A stretch of DNA of 64,000 nucleotides from an uncultured delta proteobacterium (GCA_963745025.1 CAVUWD010000019.1:224001-288000), one strand, 5' to 3'. Counted from the first letter of the stretch, positions 31,311 through 41,014 are shown. A program made the numbers and translations. The notes: generated by a model not told the origin, from the sequence alone.

Positions 31311-32396
31311 TTGAAGATCCTCCACGTCGATCCCGAGACCTCCTTTGGCGGCGGGGAGCGCCAAGTCGCGGGATTGATCCGCCATCTTGCGAAGCGCGGT
31401 CACGAGAGCATTCTCGCCGCCCCCGCCGAGTCGCGGCTCGCCGCGATCGTTCCCGCTGCGGATGCGCGTCTGCGGCCGCTCGCGATTCGGAGCGACATCG
31501 ATCTGGTCGCGGCTCTCCGGCTGCGGCGGCTGGCTGCGGTCGAGAGCCCGCACATCGTTCATTTCCACACGTCTCGGGCGCACGCGATGAGCCCCTGGCT
31601 TCGGCGGTATGCCGGGCGAGCGATCGTGACTCGGCGCATGGATTATCCGCTCCACCCGGGGCCCTGGACGAACCTTCTCTACAACCGGTCGGTCGCGGCC
31701 GTGGTTGCGATCTCCGAAGAGGTGCGCCGCCGCCTGCTCGCTGCCGGAGTGCGCTCGGAGCGCGTTCGCGTCATCCACAGCGCGGTCGAGCCACCGGCAG
31801 GTTTGCCCGGCCGCGCGGGCCGTGCGGCCGCCCGCAAGCGCTTCGGCATCGACGACGAGCTGGCGATCGGCGTCGTCGCGGCGCTCGAACGACGCAAGGG
31901 ACACGACGTGCTCTTCCGTGCCCTCGCGCGCCTCGCGCCAGCGGGCGGGCTGCGGTTTTGCTGCGTGGTCTGCGGTGCTGGCTCGGAGCGGGCGGCCCTG
32001 GAGCGCCTCGCCCGAGAGCTCGGCATCGCGGGCTCCGTGCGCTTTCTCGGCGAGCAGCGGCAGGTCGCCGACGTGCTCGCCGCGCTGGACGTCTTCGTGC
32101 TGCCCTCCCGTCACGAAGGGCTCGGCGTGGCCGTCCTCGAGGCCATGGCGGCGGCCCTGCCGGTCGTCGCCTCCGCCGTGGGCGGCATCCCAGAAGCCGT
32201 CGCGGCCGGCCGCACGGGTCTTCTCGTCCGTGCCGAAGATCCCGACGCGCTCGCGGCGGCGATCGTTGAGCTCGGTCGGGACCGCGAGCGTGCCCGCCGC
32301 CTGGGCTCCGCGGGCCGCGATCGAGTGCTCGCGGAGTTCTCGATGGAGGTGATGGCGAGCCGCTACGAGCGCCTCTATGACGAGGTGAGCAGCTGA
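31311..32396 (+). CDS. GT4 glycosyltransferase
   Basis: MKILHVD...GGGERQ, RKGHDVL, FVLPSRHEGLGVAVLEAMAA.PVVASAVGGIPE. Confidence 0.92.
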   Translation: MKILHVDPETSFGGGERQVAGLIRHLAKRGHESILAAPAESRLAAIVPAADARLRPLAIRSDIDLVAALRLRRLAAVESPHIVHFHTSRAHAMSPWLRRYAGRAIVTRRMDYPLHPGPWTNLLYNRSVAAVVAISEEVRRRLLAAGVRSERVRVIHSAVEPPAGLPGRAGRAAARKRFGIDDELAIGVVAALERRKGHDVLFRALARLAPAGGLRFCCVVCGAGSERAALERLARELGIAGSVRFLGEQRQVADVLAALDVFVLPSRHEGLGVAVLEAMAAALPVVASAVGGIPEAVAAGRTGLLVRAEDPDALAAAIVELGRDRERARRLGSAGRDRVLAEFSMEVMASRYERLYDEVSS

Positions 32397-32444
32397 TCCG
32401 AGCCGGTTGCGTGCCTTTCCGGCATGAGAGATAACGGGCGCTCC

Positions 32445-32720
32445 ATGGACCGCGACGAGATCAAGCGCAGCCTCAAGCGACTGCTGATCGACGGGCTTCG
32501 CCTGCAGGGCCTTCGCGCCGACGACATCGAAGAAGCCGCGCCGATCTTCGTCGAAGGGCTCGGCCTCGATTCCGTCGATGCGCTCGAGTTCGTCGTGCTG
32601 GTCGAAGAGAAGTTCAACATCCAGATCCCCGACGAGGACGTCGGCAAGCGGGCCTTCGCCTCGATCGAGGCGCTGACCGATTACGTGTCTGCGGAGCTCT
32701 CTCGGGTTAATGGAACGTGA
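32445..32720 (+). CDS. Acyl carrier protein (aryl-polyene-type signature)
   Basis: PIFVEGLGLDSVDALE with phosphopantetheine Ser; C-terminal FASIEALTDYV. Confidence 0.92.
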   Translation: MDRDEIKRSLKRLLIDGLRLQGLRADDIEEAAPIFVEGLGLDSVDALEFVVLVEEKFNIQIPDEDVGKRAFASIEALTDYVSAELSRVNGT

Positions 32721-32917
32721 ACGCGGATCGAGCTGAGGGGCACGCGGCACGGTTTCTCGACCGTGGTGTGCTCCGCCCACAGCTCATCCGCTCGCACGCG
32801 GATGGATCCGCCAATGGCGGCTCATCCGTTGCGGCCTCGACACGGCTTCGACCGCTGCTGTCGGAGCGAAGAAGCGTCCACCTGCAACGAGTCTCCGAAA
32901 ACCGGTAGTCTCGGTGC

Positions 32918-34132
32918 ATGCGTCGCGTGGTGATCACCGGCATTGGCAGCTGGAACGGCTTCGGCGCCGGAGTGCCGGCGTTCCTCGATGCGCTGCGCGC
33001 AGGGGCGTGCGCGATCGGTCAGATGACCGTGTTCTCGACCGAGGGGTTTCGCACGCACCGCGCGGCAGTCGCGCCGGCCGCGAATGTAGGCGGCTGGGTG
33101 TCCACGCCGCTCGAGTTCCGGTTGTCGCGTTCCGACCGAATGGCCGTGGCGGCGGCGCGTGAGGCCTGGCTCGCCTCGGGGATTGCGGAAGCCGGGCTCG
33201 CAAGCGAGCGGATCGGAGTCGTCATGGGAGGGACCACCGGCGGGATGCTCGAGGCCGAGGACATTCTTCGCCGTCGCCAGTCGGGCGAGCTCGAGCGCAT
33301 GCCGGTGCGCGGTCTGGTGGCGATGCCGGTCTGCTCCACGGCGGACGTACTGGCCGCCGTGTTCGGCTGCGGGGGCCCGCGGTTCACCGTCGTGACCGCG
33401 TGCTCGTCGAGCGCCAACTCGCTCGGGCTCGCGGCCGATCTCGTCCAGGAAGGGCGTGCCGACGCGTTGCTCGCCGGTGGGACCGATGCGCACTGCAAGA
33501 TGACGTACGCGGGCTTCAATGCTCTGCAGGCGCTCGCTCCGGACGTGTGCCGCCCGTTCGATCGGCGCCGCGCCGGACTCTCGCTCGGCGAGGGGGCGGC
33601 GATGTTCGTGCTCGAGGAGGAACGACACGCGCGCCGGCGCGGAGCGGACATCCTGGCGGAGTTCGCCGGGTATGGCACCAGCGCCGATGCGCACCACATG
33701 ACGGCTCCGGACCCCGAGGGTCGGGGCGCGGTCGCGGCGATGCGGCGGGCTCTTGCGGAGGCCCGTCTCGCGCCGGAAGCGATCGATTACGTCAACGCGC
33801 ACGGCACGGGAACTCCACAAAACGATCCGATCGAGACGCGCGCGATCAAGGCCGTGTTCGGAGCCCACGCGCGGCGATTGGCCGTCAGTTCCACGAAGTC
33901 GCAGACCGGCCACTGCCTCGGCGCGGCCGGCGCGATCGAGATCCTCGCGACCGTGCTCGCGCTGCGCCACGGCTTTCTGCCGCCGACCGTCAACCTCGAA
34001 GAGCCCGATCCGGAGTGCGATCTCGACTATGTCCCGCGCCTCGCGCGTGCGCGTGATCTGCGCGCGGCCATGTCCAACTCGTACGGCTTCGGCGGCAACA
34101 ACACGAGCGTCGTGCTGAAGGCGTATTCATGA
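32918..34132 (+). CDS. Beta-ketoacyl-ACP synthase (active KS, FabF/type II PKS-like)
   Basis: Catalytic Cys in TACSSS, NAHGTGT, STKSQTGHCLGAAG, SNSYGFGG. Confidence 0.93.
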   Translation: MRRVVITGIGSWNGFGAGVPAFLDALRAGACAIGQMTVFSTEGFRTHRAAVAPAANVGGWVSTPLEFRLSRSDRMAVAAAREAWLASGIAEAGLASERIGVVMGGTTGGMLEAEDILRRRQSGELERMPVRGLVAMPVCSTADVLAAVFGCGGPRFTVVTACSSSANSLGLAADLVQEGRADALLAGGTDAHCKMTYAGFNALQALAPDVCRPFDRRRAGLSLGEGAAMFVLEEERHARRRGADILAEFAGYGTSADAHHMTAPDPEGRGAVAAMRRALAEARLAPEAIDYVNAHGTGTPQNDPIETRAIKAVFGAHARRLAVSSTKSQTGHCLGAAGAIEILATVLALRHGFLPPTVNLEEPDPECDLDYVPRLARARDLRAAMSNSYGFGGNNTSVVLKAYS

Positions 34133-35328
34133 GCGAGGCGGTGATCTCCGGCATCGGCGTGGTGAGCCCGCTCGGCATCGGTGCGACGGCCTTCTGGGAC
34201 GCGCTCTGCTCGGGCCGGACGGCGATCGCAGAGATCCGCCGATTCGACCCCGGTCCGACGCCGCCCCGCCTGGCCGCCGAGGTGCGCGAGATTCCGGCCC
34301 GCGACGTTTTCCCCGCGGCTCTGGTCCGCCGCATGGATCGTGTCTCGCAAATGATCGGCGCCGCCGCCGTGCTGGCGGTGCGCGACGCCTGCCTCGGGCG
34401 GAGCGCGCCCGACGACGATCTGGCCGTCGTCGTCGGCTCGTCGCTCGGCAACCTCGGCGAGGCGGCGCAGTTTCTCGAGCGCGTCTTCACCAAGGGACCG
34501 TCACTTGCCAGCCCGATGTTGTTTCCGAACCTGGTGATGAACGCGCCCGCGAGCCAGGTGGCGATGGCGCTCGGCTGGCACGGACCCAACCTGACCGTGT
34601 CTGCGGGTGAGATTTCGGGGGAGAGCGCCCTCGACGTGGCGATCGATCTTCTGCGCCGCGGCAGGGCGCGAGCCGTCGTGGTGGCGGCGGGCGAAGAGCT
34701 TTCGGCGGTGCTCTTCCGGGCGCTCCGGGACTTTCGGCATCTCTCGCCGCGCCGCCGCGGACGCGAGCGCTCGAGCCCCTTCGACGTCGAAGCCAACGGA
34801 CCGGTGCTCGGCGAAGGGGCTGCGGCCGTCGTCGTCGAGACGCCGGAGTCGGCGACGCGTCGCGGCGCCCGCGTGCACGCGACCATCGAGCGGATGATTC
34901 GCTTTCAGCTCGCCGTGAAGAATCCCCACGTCTGGCCCGCTCCGGGTGCAGCGCTGGAAACCGGTGATCTGCCGACGCTCTCCGCCGACCTCGTCTTTTC
35001 CGGCGCGGATTCCTCTCCCGAGCGCGACCCGCTCGAGCTCACGCTGCTCGCGCGGATGGTGCCGGCCGACCCGCCGGTGTACTCGCTGGCCGGAGCGGTC
35101 GGCAGTCACGCGGCGCAGGGGCTCACGACCCTGTCCGCGGCGGCGCTCGCGCTGTCTTCCGGAAGCCTCCCGCCGGTTGTCGGTCTCGAGCGACCGCGTC
35201 CGGAGTTTCCGTTCCACTTTCCGAAGGAGGCGCTCTCGGGTTCGTGGGCGAGCGGCTTGGTGCTCGGCGTGGCGCGCGGCGGGGCGGGGATGGCGATCGG
35301 GATCACCCGCGAGGCGCGGAGACCGTGA
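34129..35328 (+). CDS. Catalytically incomplete KS homologue (chain-length-factor-like)
   Basis: KS fold N-terminus (GIGVVSPLG, RRMDR, SPMLFPNLVMNAPA, GEGAAAVV), but VSAGEISG has Glu at the Cys position and HGTGT is absent. Confidence 0.82.
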   Translation: MSEAVISGIGVVSPLGIGATAFWDALCSGRTAIAEIRRFDPGPTPPRLAAEVREIPARDVFPAALVRRMDRVSQMIGAAAVLAVRDACLGRSAPDDDLAVVVGSSLGNLGEAAQFLERVFTKGPSLASPMLFPNLVMNAPASQVAMALGWHGPNLTVSAGEISGESALDVAIDLLRRGRARAVVVAAGEELSAVLFRALRDFRHLSPRRRGRERSSPFDVEANGPVLGEGAAAVVVETPESATRRGARVHATIERMIRFQLAVKNPHVWPAPGAALETGDLPTLSADLVFSGADSSPERDPLELTLLARMVPADPPVYSLAGAVGSHAAQGLTTLSAAALALSSGSLPPVVGLERPRPEFPFHFPKEALSGSWASGLVLGVARGGAGMAIGITREARRP

Positions 35329-35975
35329 GCGCGCGGCGAGGTCGATTCCCAGTGCTGCTGGTGCGGGCGCTCTTCGTTCCGGTCATCTGCTCCGCTGCGG
35401 CGACGACTCCCGAGGTCGTCGAGAGGCTCCGGGAGCTCGGTCGTGCGAGCGCGGCCGTCACCACGCTGCGCGCGCATTTCGTGCAGGAAAAGCACGTGAC
35501 GATCGTCCGCGACGTGCTGCGTTCGTCCGGAACGTTCTTGCTCGACAAGCGCGGCCGCATCGCCTGGGAGGTCGCCGAGCCGGATGCCGTGCGCATCGTC
35601 ATCCGCGAAGACGGGGTGTTCGCTGCCGGCAAGCGCGTGGGGGCGGAAGCGCAGGGGCGAAGCGGCGAGAGCGCTACGAATGCCAAGCTCTCGCCGCTGC
35701 CGATGCTCGAGGGCCTGAACGGGATCTTCGCCGGCGTGTCGGAAGAGACGGCGCGGGACTTCGAGGTGACGTTCCGCGACCGCGATCGTCTGCGCCTCGT
35801 GCCCCGCGCGCGCTCGCTTTCGGCCTGGCTCTCCGCGATCGAGATCACGCTCGGCGGCGAGGCGCAGACACCGCAGCGCGTCCGGCTCGAGGAGCCGGGC
35901 GGCGACGTGACGGAGATCACGTTCAGCGACGTGACGGTGAATCCGTCGCTCGACGACGCGGCCTTCGCGCCATGA
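35325..35975 (+). CDS. LolA-like outer-membrane carrier protein
   Basis: Signal peptide, LRAHFVQEKH...SSGTF...IAWE..EP, EPGGDVTEITFSDVTVNPSLDDAAF. Confidence 0.8.
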   Translation: MSARRGRFPVLLVRALFVPVICSAAATTPEVVERLRELGRASAAVTTLRAHFVQEKHVTIVRDVLRSSGTFLLDKRGRIAWEVAEPDAVRIVIREDGVFAAGKRVGAEAQGRSGESATNAKLSPLPMLEGLNGIFAGVSEETARDFEVTFRDRDRLRLVPRARSLSAWLSAIEITLGGEAQTPQRVRLEEPGGDVTEITFSDVTVNPSLDDAAFAP

Positions 35976-36697
35976 CGCGGCCGGGGCGCCTCGCGCTGGC
36001 TCTCGGCCTCCTCGCCGCGCTCGGCTGCCACCGAACGGCCCGCCCGCCGGCGCCCGGCGAGACGGTCGTCAGCGACGCGCAGGCAATCGCCGTGGTCGCG
36101 CGCCGCGAGGCCGAGACGCCGACGATGACCGCGACCTTCCAGCTCACCGTGCACCGGCCGGATGGCAGCGAGGAAGGCAGCCGGGGAGCGGTCGTGGTCA
36201 CTCGACCGGATCGGCTGCGCCTGCAGATCTTCTCCTTCGGCGTGATGACGTCCTACGACTACACCGTGAACGGCAACCGCTACCGAGTGCGCCGGCCGCT
36301 CGACGGCAGCGAAACGATCGGCCGTTTCGACGATGCGGAAGCCTCCGAGACCGGCGCATTCGGCCCGGACCTCCGACCGCTGTTTCTACCCGCTGCGGCG
36401 GCCGGCTCGGCGAGCGCGCGCGACGCCGGTGATCACTTCGTGGTGGCGGTCGCCGAGCAGCGGGGGCGAAGGGAGATCGACGTGTCGAAGCGCGATGGCT
36501 CGGTCACGCGCGAAGCCCTCTATCAGGACGCCGGGCCCCGCGTCGTCATCGACTACGGCGACTACCGGTTCGTCGACGGCGCCGCCCTCCCCTTCGTCGT
36601 CGAAGTGACCTACCCGCAGACGAGCTTGCGACTGACGATTCGCGTCGCGCACTATACGCGAAATCAGCCCGTCGATCCGCATCTGTTCGAGTTCTGA
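35972..36697 (+). CDS. Lipoprotein, LolB/DUF4292-like fold
   Basis: Lipobox LAALGC; RPDRLRLQIFSFG; IDYGDYR..DG..LP; C-terminal NQPVDPHLFEF. Confidence 0.6.
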   Translation: MTRPGRLALALGLLAALGCHRTARPPAPGETVVSDAQAIAVVARREAETPTMTATFQLTVHRPDGSEEGSRGAVVVTRPDRLRLQIFSFGVMTSYDYTVNGNRYRVRRPLDGSETIGRFDDAEASETGAFGPDLRPLFLPAAAAGSASARDAGDHFVVAVAEQRGRREIDVSKRDGSVTREALYQDAGPRVVIDYGDYRFVDGAALPFVVEVTYPQTSLRLTIRVAHYTRNQPVDPHLFEF

Positions 36698-39213
36698 TGG
36701 AGCGGCGGTTCCCTTACGACCGGCTGGTTGCGGCCGTCGACCGCCGTCATCGGGCGATCCTGCTGGTCGCGGCCGGCTTGCTTGTGGCTTCCGGTCTGTC
36801 GCTGCTCCGGCTCCGCCTCGACATGGACGTGCTCTCGCAGCTCCCGTCGCGCTCGCCGGTCTTCCGCGATTACCGCGAATTTCTACAGACGTCCGGCGTT
36901 TTCGACAGCCTCGTCGTGCTGGTGACGGGCGAGCGCGACTCCATCGTGTCGTTCGCCGAGGCGCTGGCGGAGAAGCTCGCGCGGAGTCCTGACATCGGCT
37001 CGGTTCGTTACCGCATCGATCTCGACGACGTGCGGCGGCGCTTCCTCGTGCCGTTCCGTTACGAGCTCCTGAGCGACGACGACCTCGAAGAGCTCGCCCG
37101 TCGGCTCGAGCCCGCCGCGATCGAGGCGCGCGTGCGGAACCTGAGGCGCGCATTGGCGATGCCGATGAGTCTCGGCGCCCGGCGTTGGATCCTCGAGGAC
37201 CCGCTCGGAGACGAAGAGCTGGTCGGGCGCTCGATCGAGCGCCGCTACGCCGATCCCCTGTTTCGTCCGTCGAGCGAGAACTTCCTGGCGCCGGGGGGCG
37301 ATGCGCTTCTCCTCGTGGTGCGGCCGGTGGGATCGGCCTTCGATACGATCTTCGCCGAGCGGCTGCTCACGGAGGTGAAGAGCGCCGAAGCGGAGCTCCT
37401 CGCGGACCGCTTTCGGACGAGCGGCGTGCGTGTGGGCCACACGGGCAGCTACGTTTATGCCCTCGCCGACAAGCAAGTGCTGCAGAGCGACCTGCGCATC
37501 TATTTTCTGTTCGCGCCGCTCGCCGTGCTGATGATTTTTCACCTCGGCCTACGGACGCTCCGCATCCTGCCGTTCGTGACCTTTCCCTTGCTGGTGACGA
37601 CCGCGGTGACGTTCGCGCTGTCTCTCGCCTTCTTCCGCAGCCTGAACATGATCTCGATCGCGTTCGCGGGCATCTTCTACGGGCTCGGCATCGACTCGGC
37701 CATCTATTTCTACAGCCTGCTGCGGGATAAGGCCGCCGCGCGGGGAGACCTCGACCGCGGAGTGGTGCGACTCCTGGTCACGGAGACGCTGAGCGAGATC
37801 GGCCTGGCCAACGTCGTCGCATCGACGACCACCGCGGTTGCCTTTCTCGTCGTCGGATTCTCCGACTTCTCCGGCGTGAGCCAGCTCGGCATCTTGACGG
37901 CGCTGGCGATGCTCCTGAACGTGGTCGCGACGTTCGTCCTCTTGCCGGCGATGGTGTTCGCCTGGGGGCCGCGCGCGATTCCCGTACAGCCTGCGCGGCC
38001 GAGCCGCTTTGCGGCGGGCTGCGCTCGCGCAAGCGCCCGACTGGCCGAGCGGCGAACCGCCGTGCTCGTGCTGTCGGCGGTCGTGGTCGGCGCCGCGGGT
38101 CTCGCGCTCCCGCGCGTGCGCTTGGACACCGATTTCACGCACCTCAGGCCCGGCGGCGGCGAGGCGGAACGGGTCGAACGGATGATTCACGACAAGTTCG
38201 GCCACGTAGCCGCGCAGGGAGTCGCGCTGGTGCACGCACCGGACGTCGATGGCTGCTTGCGTACCACGGAGCAGTTGGCTGCGGCGCTCGACCGCTACCG
38301 GGAGCAGGGGCTCGTGGCGTCGTACTCGTCGCTCTCGGCATTTTTTCCCTCCGCGGAAAACGCCTCGCGACGACTGGCGCGTTTTCGTTCGCTCCCCCGA
38401 GCGCGGGCGGCAGAAGCGCTGCGGCGCTCGCTCGGCGAAGCGGGCTTCGATCCCGCCGCGTTCTCGGGCTTCTTGGAGGATCTCGTCCGCGACGAGCGGC
38501 CGCGCATCACGGTCGAGGCACAGAGCGAGGGCCCGCTCGCGGGTCTCCTCGAGCAGCATCTGCGGCGCTCCGCGCAAGGATTCGTGGTCTCGACGTATTT
38601 CGTTCCCGCCGCAGGCGTGTCGATTGCGACGATCCGCGACCGGCTCCGTGTCGACCTGCCGGGCGTGCCGCTGACCGTGACCGGGCGCGAGCTGGCCGAA
38701 GCCGAGTTCGCCCGTCTGCTCGAGCGCGAGCTCGCGTGGTTTCTCGGCGGCGCGCTGCTGCTGAATCTGCTGCTCGTCTTCGCCGCCGAGCGGCGGATCG
38801 TCACGACGCTCGCGTTGCTCTCACCGACGCTCACCGCCCTCGTTCTCTACCTCGGCCTGATCGGCGCATTCGGCGTGGCGATCGATCCGATCAATTTGGT
38901 CGTCTTGCCGTTGCTGATCGGCCTCGGCGTCGACGACAGCGTGTACCTCGTCGCTCACATGCGCTACGGCGGCGGCTTGGTGCCGGGCGTCCGACGGGGC
39001 GCGACGCCGCTCCTCCTCGCCGTCGCCACCACGGTTGCGGGATTCGGTTCGCTCGGCCTGTCGCGGTTTCCGGCGCTGCGCCGGCTGGGGTGGCTGGCGG
39101 CGCTCGGCCTTTCGCTTTGCATGGCCGCGAGCCTGCTGCTCGTTCCGGCGCTGGCGCGTGCGCTGGTTGGCCGGGAACGGGCGACTCCGATAGCATCCAA
39201 CGAGCGCCGATGA
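36697..39213 (+). CDS. MMPL/RND-family lipid exporter
   Basis: Two TM bundles with GLGIDSAI and GLGVDDSV, TTAVAF/TTVAGFGSL, and two large extracytoplasmic domains. Confidence 0.9.
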   Translation: MERRFPYDRLVAAVDRRHRAILLVAAGLLVASGLSLLRLRLDMDVLSQLPSRSPVFRDYREFLQTSGVFDSLVVLVTGERDSIVSFAEALAEKLARSPDIGSVRYRIDLDDVRRRFLVPFRYELLSDDDLEELARRLEPAAIEARVRNLRRALAMPMSLGARRWILEDPLGDEELVGRSIERRYADPLFRPSSENFLAPGGDALLLVVRPVGSAFDTIFAERLLTEVKSAEAELLADRFRTSGVRVGHTGSYVYALADKQVLQSDLRIYFLFAPLAVLMIFHLGLRTLRILPFVTFPLLVTTAVTFALSLAFFRSLNMISIAFAGIFYGLGIDSAIYFYSLLRDKAAARGDLDRGVVRLLVTETLSEIGLANVVASTTTAVAFLVVGFSDFSGVSQLGILTALAMLLNVVATFVLLPAMVFAWGPRAIPVQPARPSRFAAGCARASARLAERRTAVLVLSAVVVGAAGLALPRVRLDTDFTHLRPGGGEAERVERMIHDKFGHVAAQGVALVHAPDVDGCLRTTEQLAAALDRYREQGLVASYSSLSAFFPSAENASRRLARFRSLPRARAAEALRRSLGEAGFDPAAFSGFLEDLVRDERPRITVEAQSEGPLAGLLEQHLRRSAQGFVVSTYFVPAAGVSIATIRDRLRVDLPGVPLTVTGRELAEAEFARLLERELAWFLGGALLLNLLLVFAAERRIVTTLALLSPTLTALVLYLGLIGAFGVAIDPINLVVLPLLIGLGVDDSVYLVAHMRYGGGLVPGVRRGATPLLLAVATTVAGFGSLGLSRFPALRRLGWLAALGLSLCMAASLLLVPALARALVGRERATPIASNERR

Positions 39214-40076
39214 CCCCGATCTCGAACGCGCTGACGATTGACGTCGAGGACTGGTATCACGATGCCGACGGGCTCGGCGGCTCGGAAACGCCGGATCCCG
39301 AGCCGCGCGTCGAGCGCAACGTCCATCGTCTTCTCGATCTGCTCGATCGACAGGGCGTGCGCGCCACGCTCTTCGTCCTCGGCGAGGTCGCCGAGCGCTC
39401 TCCGGCGCTCGTCCGCGAGGCGTTCGCTCGGGGTCACGAAATCGCCAGCCACGGGTATCGCCATCGGCCGATCGGCACGTGGCTGCGGCGCGAGTTCCGT
39501 GACGACGTCGAGCGCTCGCTCGCGCTGCTCCAAGATGTTACCGGAGCCCCCGTGCGCGGCTATCGAGCGCCGTATTTCTCGATCCGGGCGGACGTCCATT
39601 GGCCGGGCGACGTGCTGGCGGAGCTCGGAATCGCCTACGACTCGAGCGTGCTGCCGATCGATCGCGCCCCCGGCCTCGAGCTGGTTTCGCCGCGCGCTCC
39701 GTATCGCCTCGGCAGCGGCGTGTGGGAAGTGCCGGTGGCCATCAACCGGTACCTCTTCTGGAATCTGCCGCTGCTCGGCGGCTTTGCGCTGCGCATGCTG
39801 TCGCTCGGCTTCGTCGAGAGGCGGCTGGCCGAGTTCAATCGCGAGGTCGGTCCGGCGGTGGTTCACCTTCATCCGTGGGAGATCGACGCGATGGGGCCCG
39901 AAGCGCGGTCGATCTCCGTCGTCGTCCGCGGCCTGAAGCGGGTCGGTCGGAGCGGTCTCGCGACGAAGCTCGAGCGACTGTTCGGCGCTCACTCCTTCGG
40001 CTCGATCGCGGCGGTGTTTCCCGAAGTGGGCGGCGCCTCCGTCGCGAGGGAGCGCCACGACAAGCCTTCGACGTAG
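39210..40076 (+). CDS. Polysaccharide deacetylase (DUF3473/PEP-CTERM-locus type)
   Basis: NALTIDVEDWYH, ATLFVLG, GHEIASHGYRH, GYRAPYFS, YDSS, HLHPWEID. Confidence 0.88.
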   Translation: MTPISNALTIDVEDWYHDADGLGGSETPDPEPRVERNVHRLLDLLDRQGVRATLFVLGEVAERSPALVREAFARGHEIASHGYRHRPIGTWLRREFRDDVERSLALLQDVTGAPVRGYRAPYFSIRADVHWPGDVLAELGIAYDSSVLPIDRAPGLELVSPRAPYRLGSGVWEVPVAINRYLFWNLPLLGGFALRMLSLGFVERRLAEFNREVGPAVVHLHPWEIDAMGPEARSISVVVRGLKRVGRSGLATKLERLFGAHSFGSIAAVFPEVGGASVARERHDKPST

Positions 40077-41014
40077 AGCACGGCCAGACCGACGAGGATC
40101 CACAGCGTCTCGCGCACGCGCACGACGAGCCCGACGACGAGCCCGAGAGACGCGCTGCCTCCCGCGAGCGTGAGCACGCCGACCTCGGTCGCCTCGAGCG
40201 AACCGATCGCTGCCGGAATCGGCAAGAGCTGGGCGATTCCCATGCCGACCATCACGCCGAGCAGGGTGGAGGGCGAGATCGGCAACGCGAAGGCGGCGGT
40301 GAGCGTCCAGAGCTCGGCGATGATGAGCCCTTCGGCGAGGAACGAAAGGGCGAGCGCGACGAGAAAGCTCCGCGTGCGCAGGAATTCCGTGAGCTGCCGG
40401 TCGATCGACTCGAGCGAGCCGCGAGCCCGCGGGAAGAAGCCGCGGCGGGTGAGGAGCAAAATCACCGTGCCCCTCCGGTAGGAGAGCAGATAGAAGCCCG
40501 CTAGCGCCACGAAACAGGCGATCATCCCGCCCACTACCCAGGGTGCCGCCCAGGCGGAACCGTCGTTGGCGAGAAAGAACACCACGACGTAAGTCGGACC
40601 GAGAATGGAGCTCGCCGTCAGGTCGAGCATGCGGTCCATGGCGACGCTCGCGATCGCCCGCGTCCACCCGTGCCGGCGCCGGCGCAGCAGAAAGGCTCGC
40701 ATCGGCTCGCCGCTCAGATGGGCCGAGGGGAGAAGCGTGCTCACCGCGTGCTCGGCGGCGCGGAAGCCGAGGAGCGTGTGGATCGCGGGTGGCGGCCGGG
40801 CGCCGCCCATCGCCACGAGGACGATGCTCCAGCGCTTCGCGTAGGTGAGGAAGACGGCCGCGCTGAGCGCGAGGAAAACCACGAATCGCCAGGGATCGGC
40901 GCGCCCGACAGCCTGGCCGAGCTCGCTGAGACCGAGATGTTGGCAGAGGAGGACGAAGAGGGCCAGGCCGGCGACGAGGAAAACGATGCGCAACGGCTGG
41001 AGGGGACGCTTCAC
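39989..41014 (-). CDS. Lysylphosphatidylglycerol-synthase TM / UPF0104 flippase-like membrane protein
   Basis: RW..VL, LLPSAHLSGEPMRAFLL, DRMLD, PIPAAIGSLEA; about 8 TM segments. Confidence 0.8.
   Translation of the reverse strand: MKRPLQPLRIVFLVAGLALFVLLCQHLGLSELGQAVGRADPWRFVVFLALSAAVFLTYAKRWSIVLVAMGGARPPPAIHTLLGFRAAEHAVSTLLPSAHLSGEPMRAFLLRRRRHGWTRAIASVAMDRMLDLTASSILGPTYVVVFFLANDGSAWAAPWVVGGMIACFVALAGFYLLSYRRGTVILLLTRRGFFPRARGSLESIDRQLTEFLRTRSFLVALALSFLAEGLIIAELWTLTAAFALPISPSTLLGVMVGMGIAQLLPIPAAIGSLEATEVGVLTLAGGSASLGLVVGLVVRVRETLWILVGLAVLYVEGLSWRSLATEAPPTSGNTAAIEPKE

Noticed and set aside
32445-35328. Housekeeping acpP-fabF fatty acid synthesis genes
   Set aside because: The ACP lacks the AcpP DLGADSLD signature, a Cys-less partner KS follows, and fabD/fabG/fabH are absent while export genes are adjacent.
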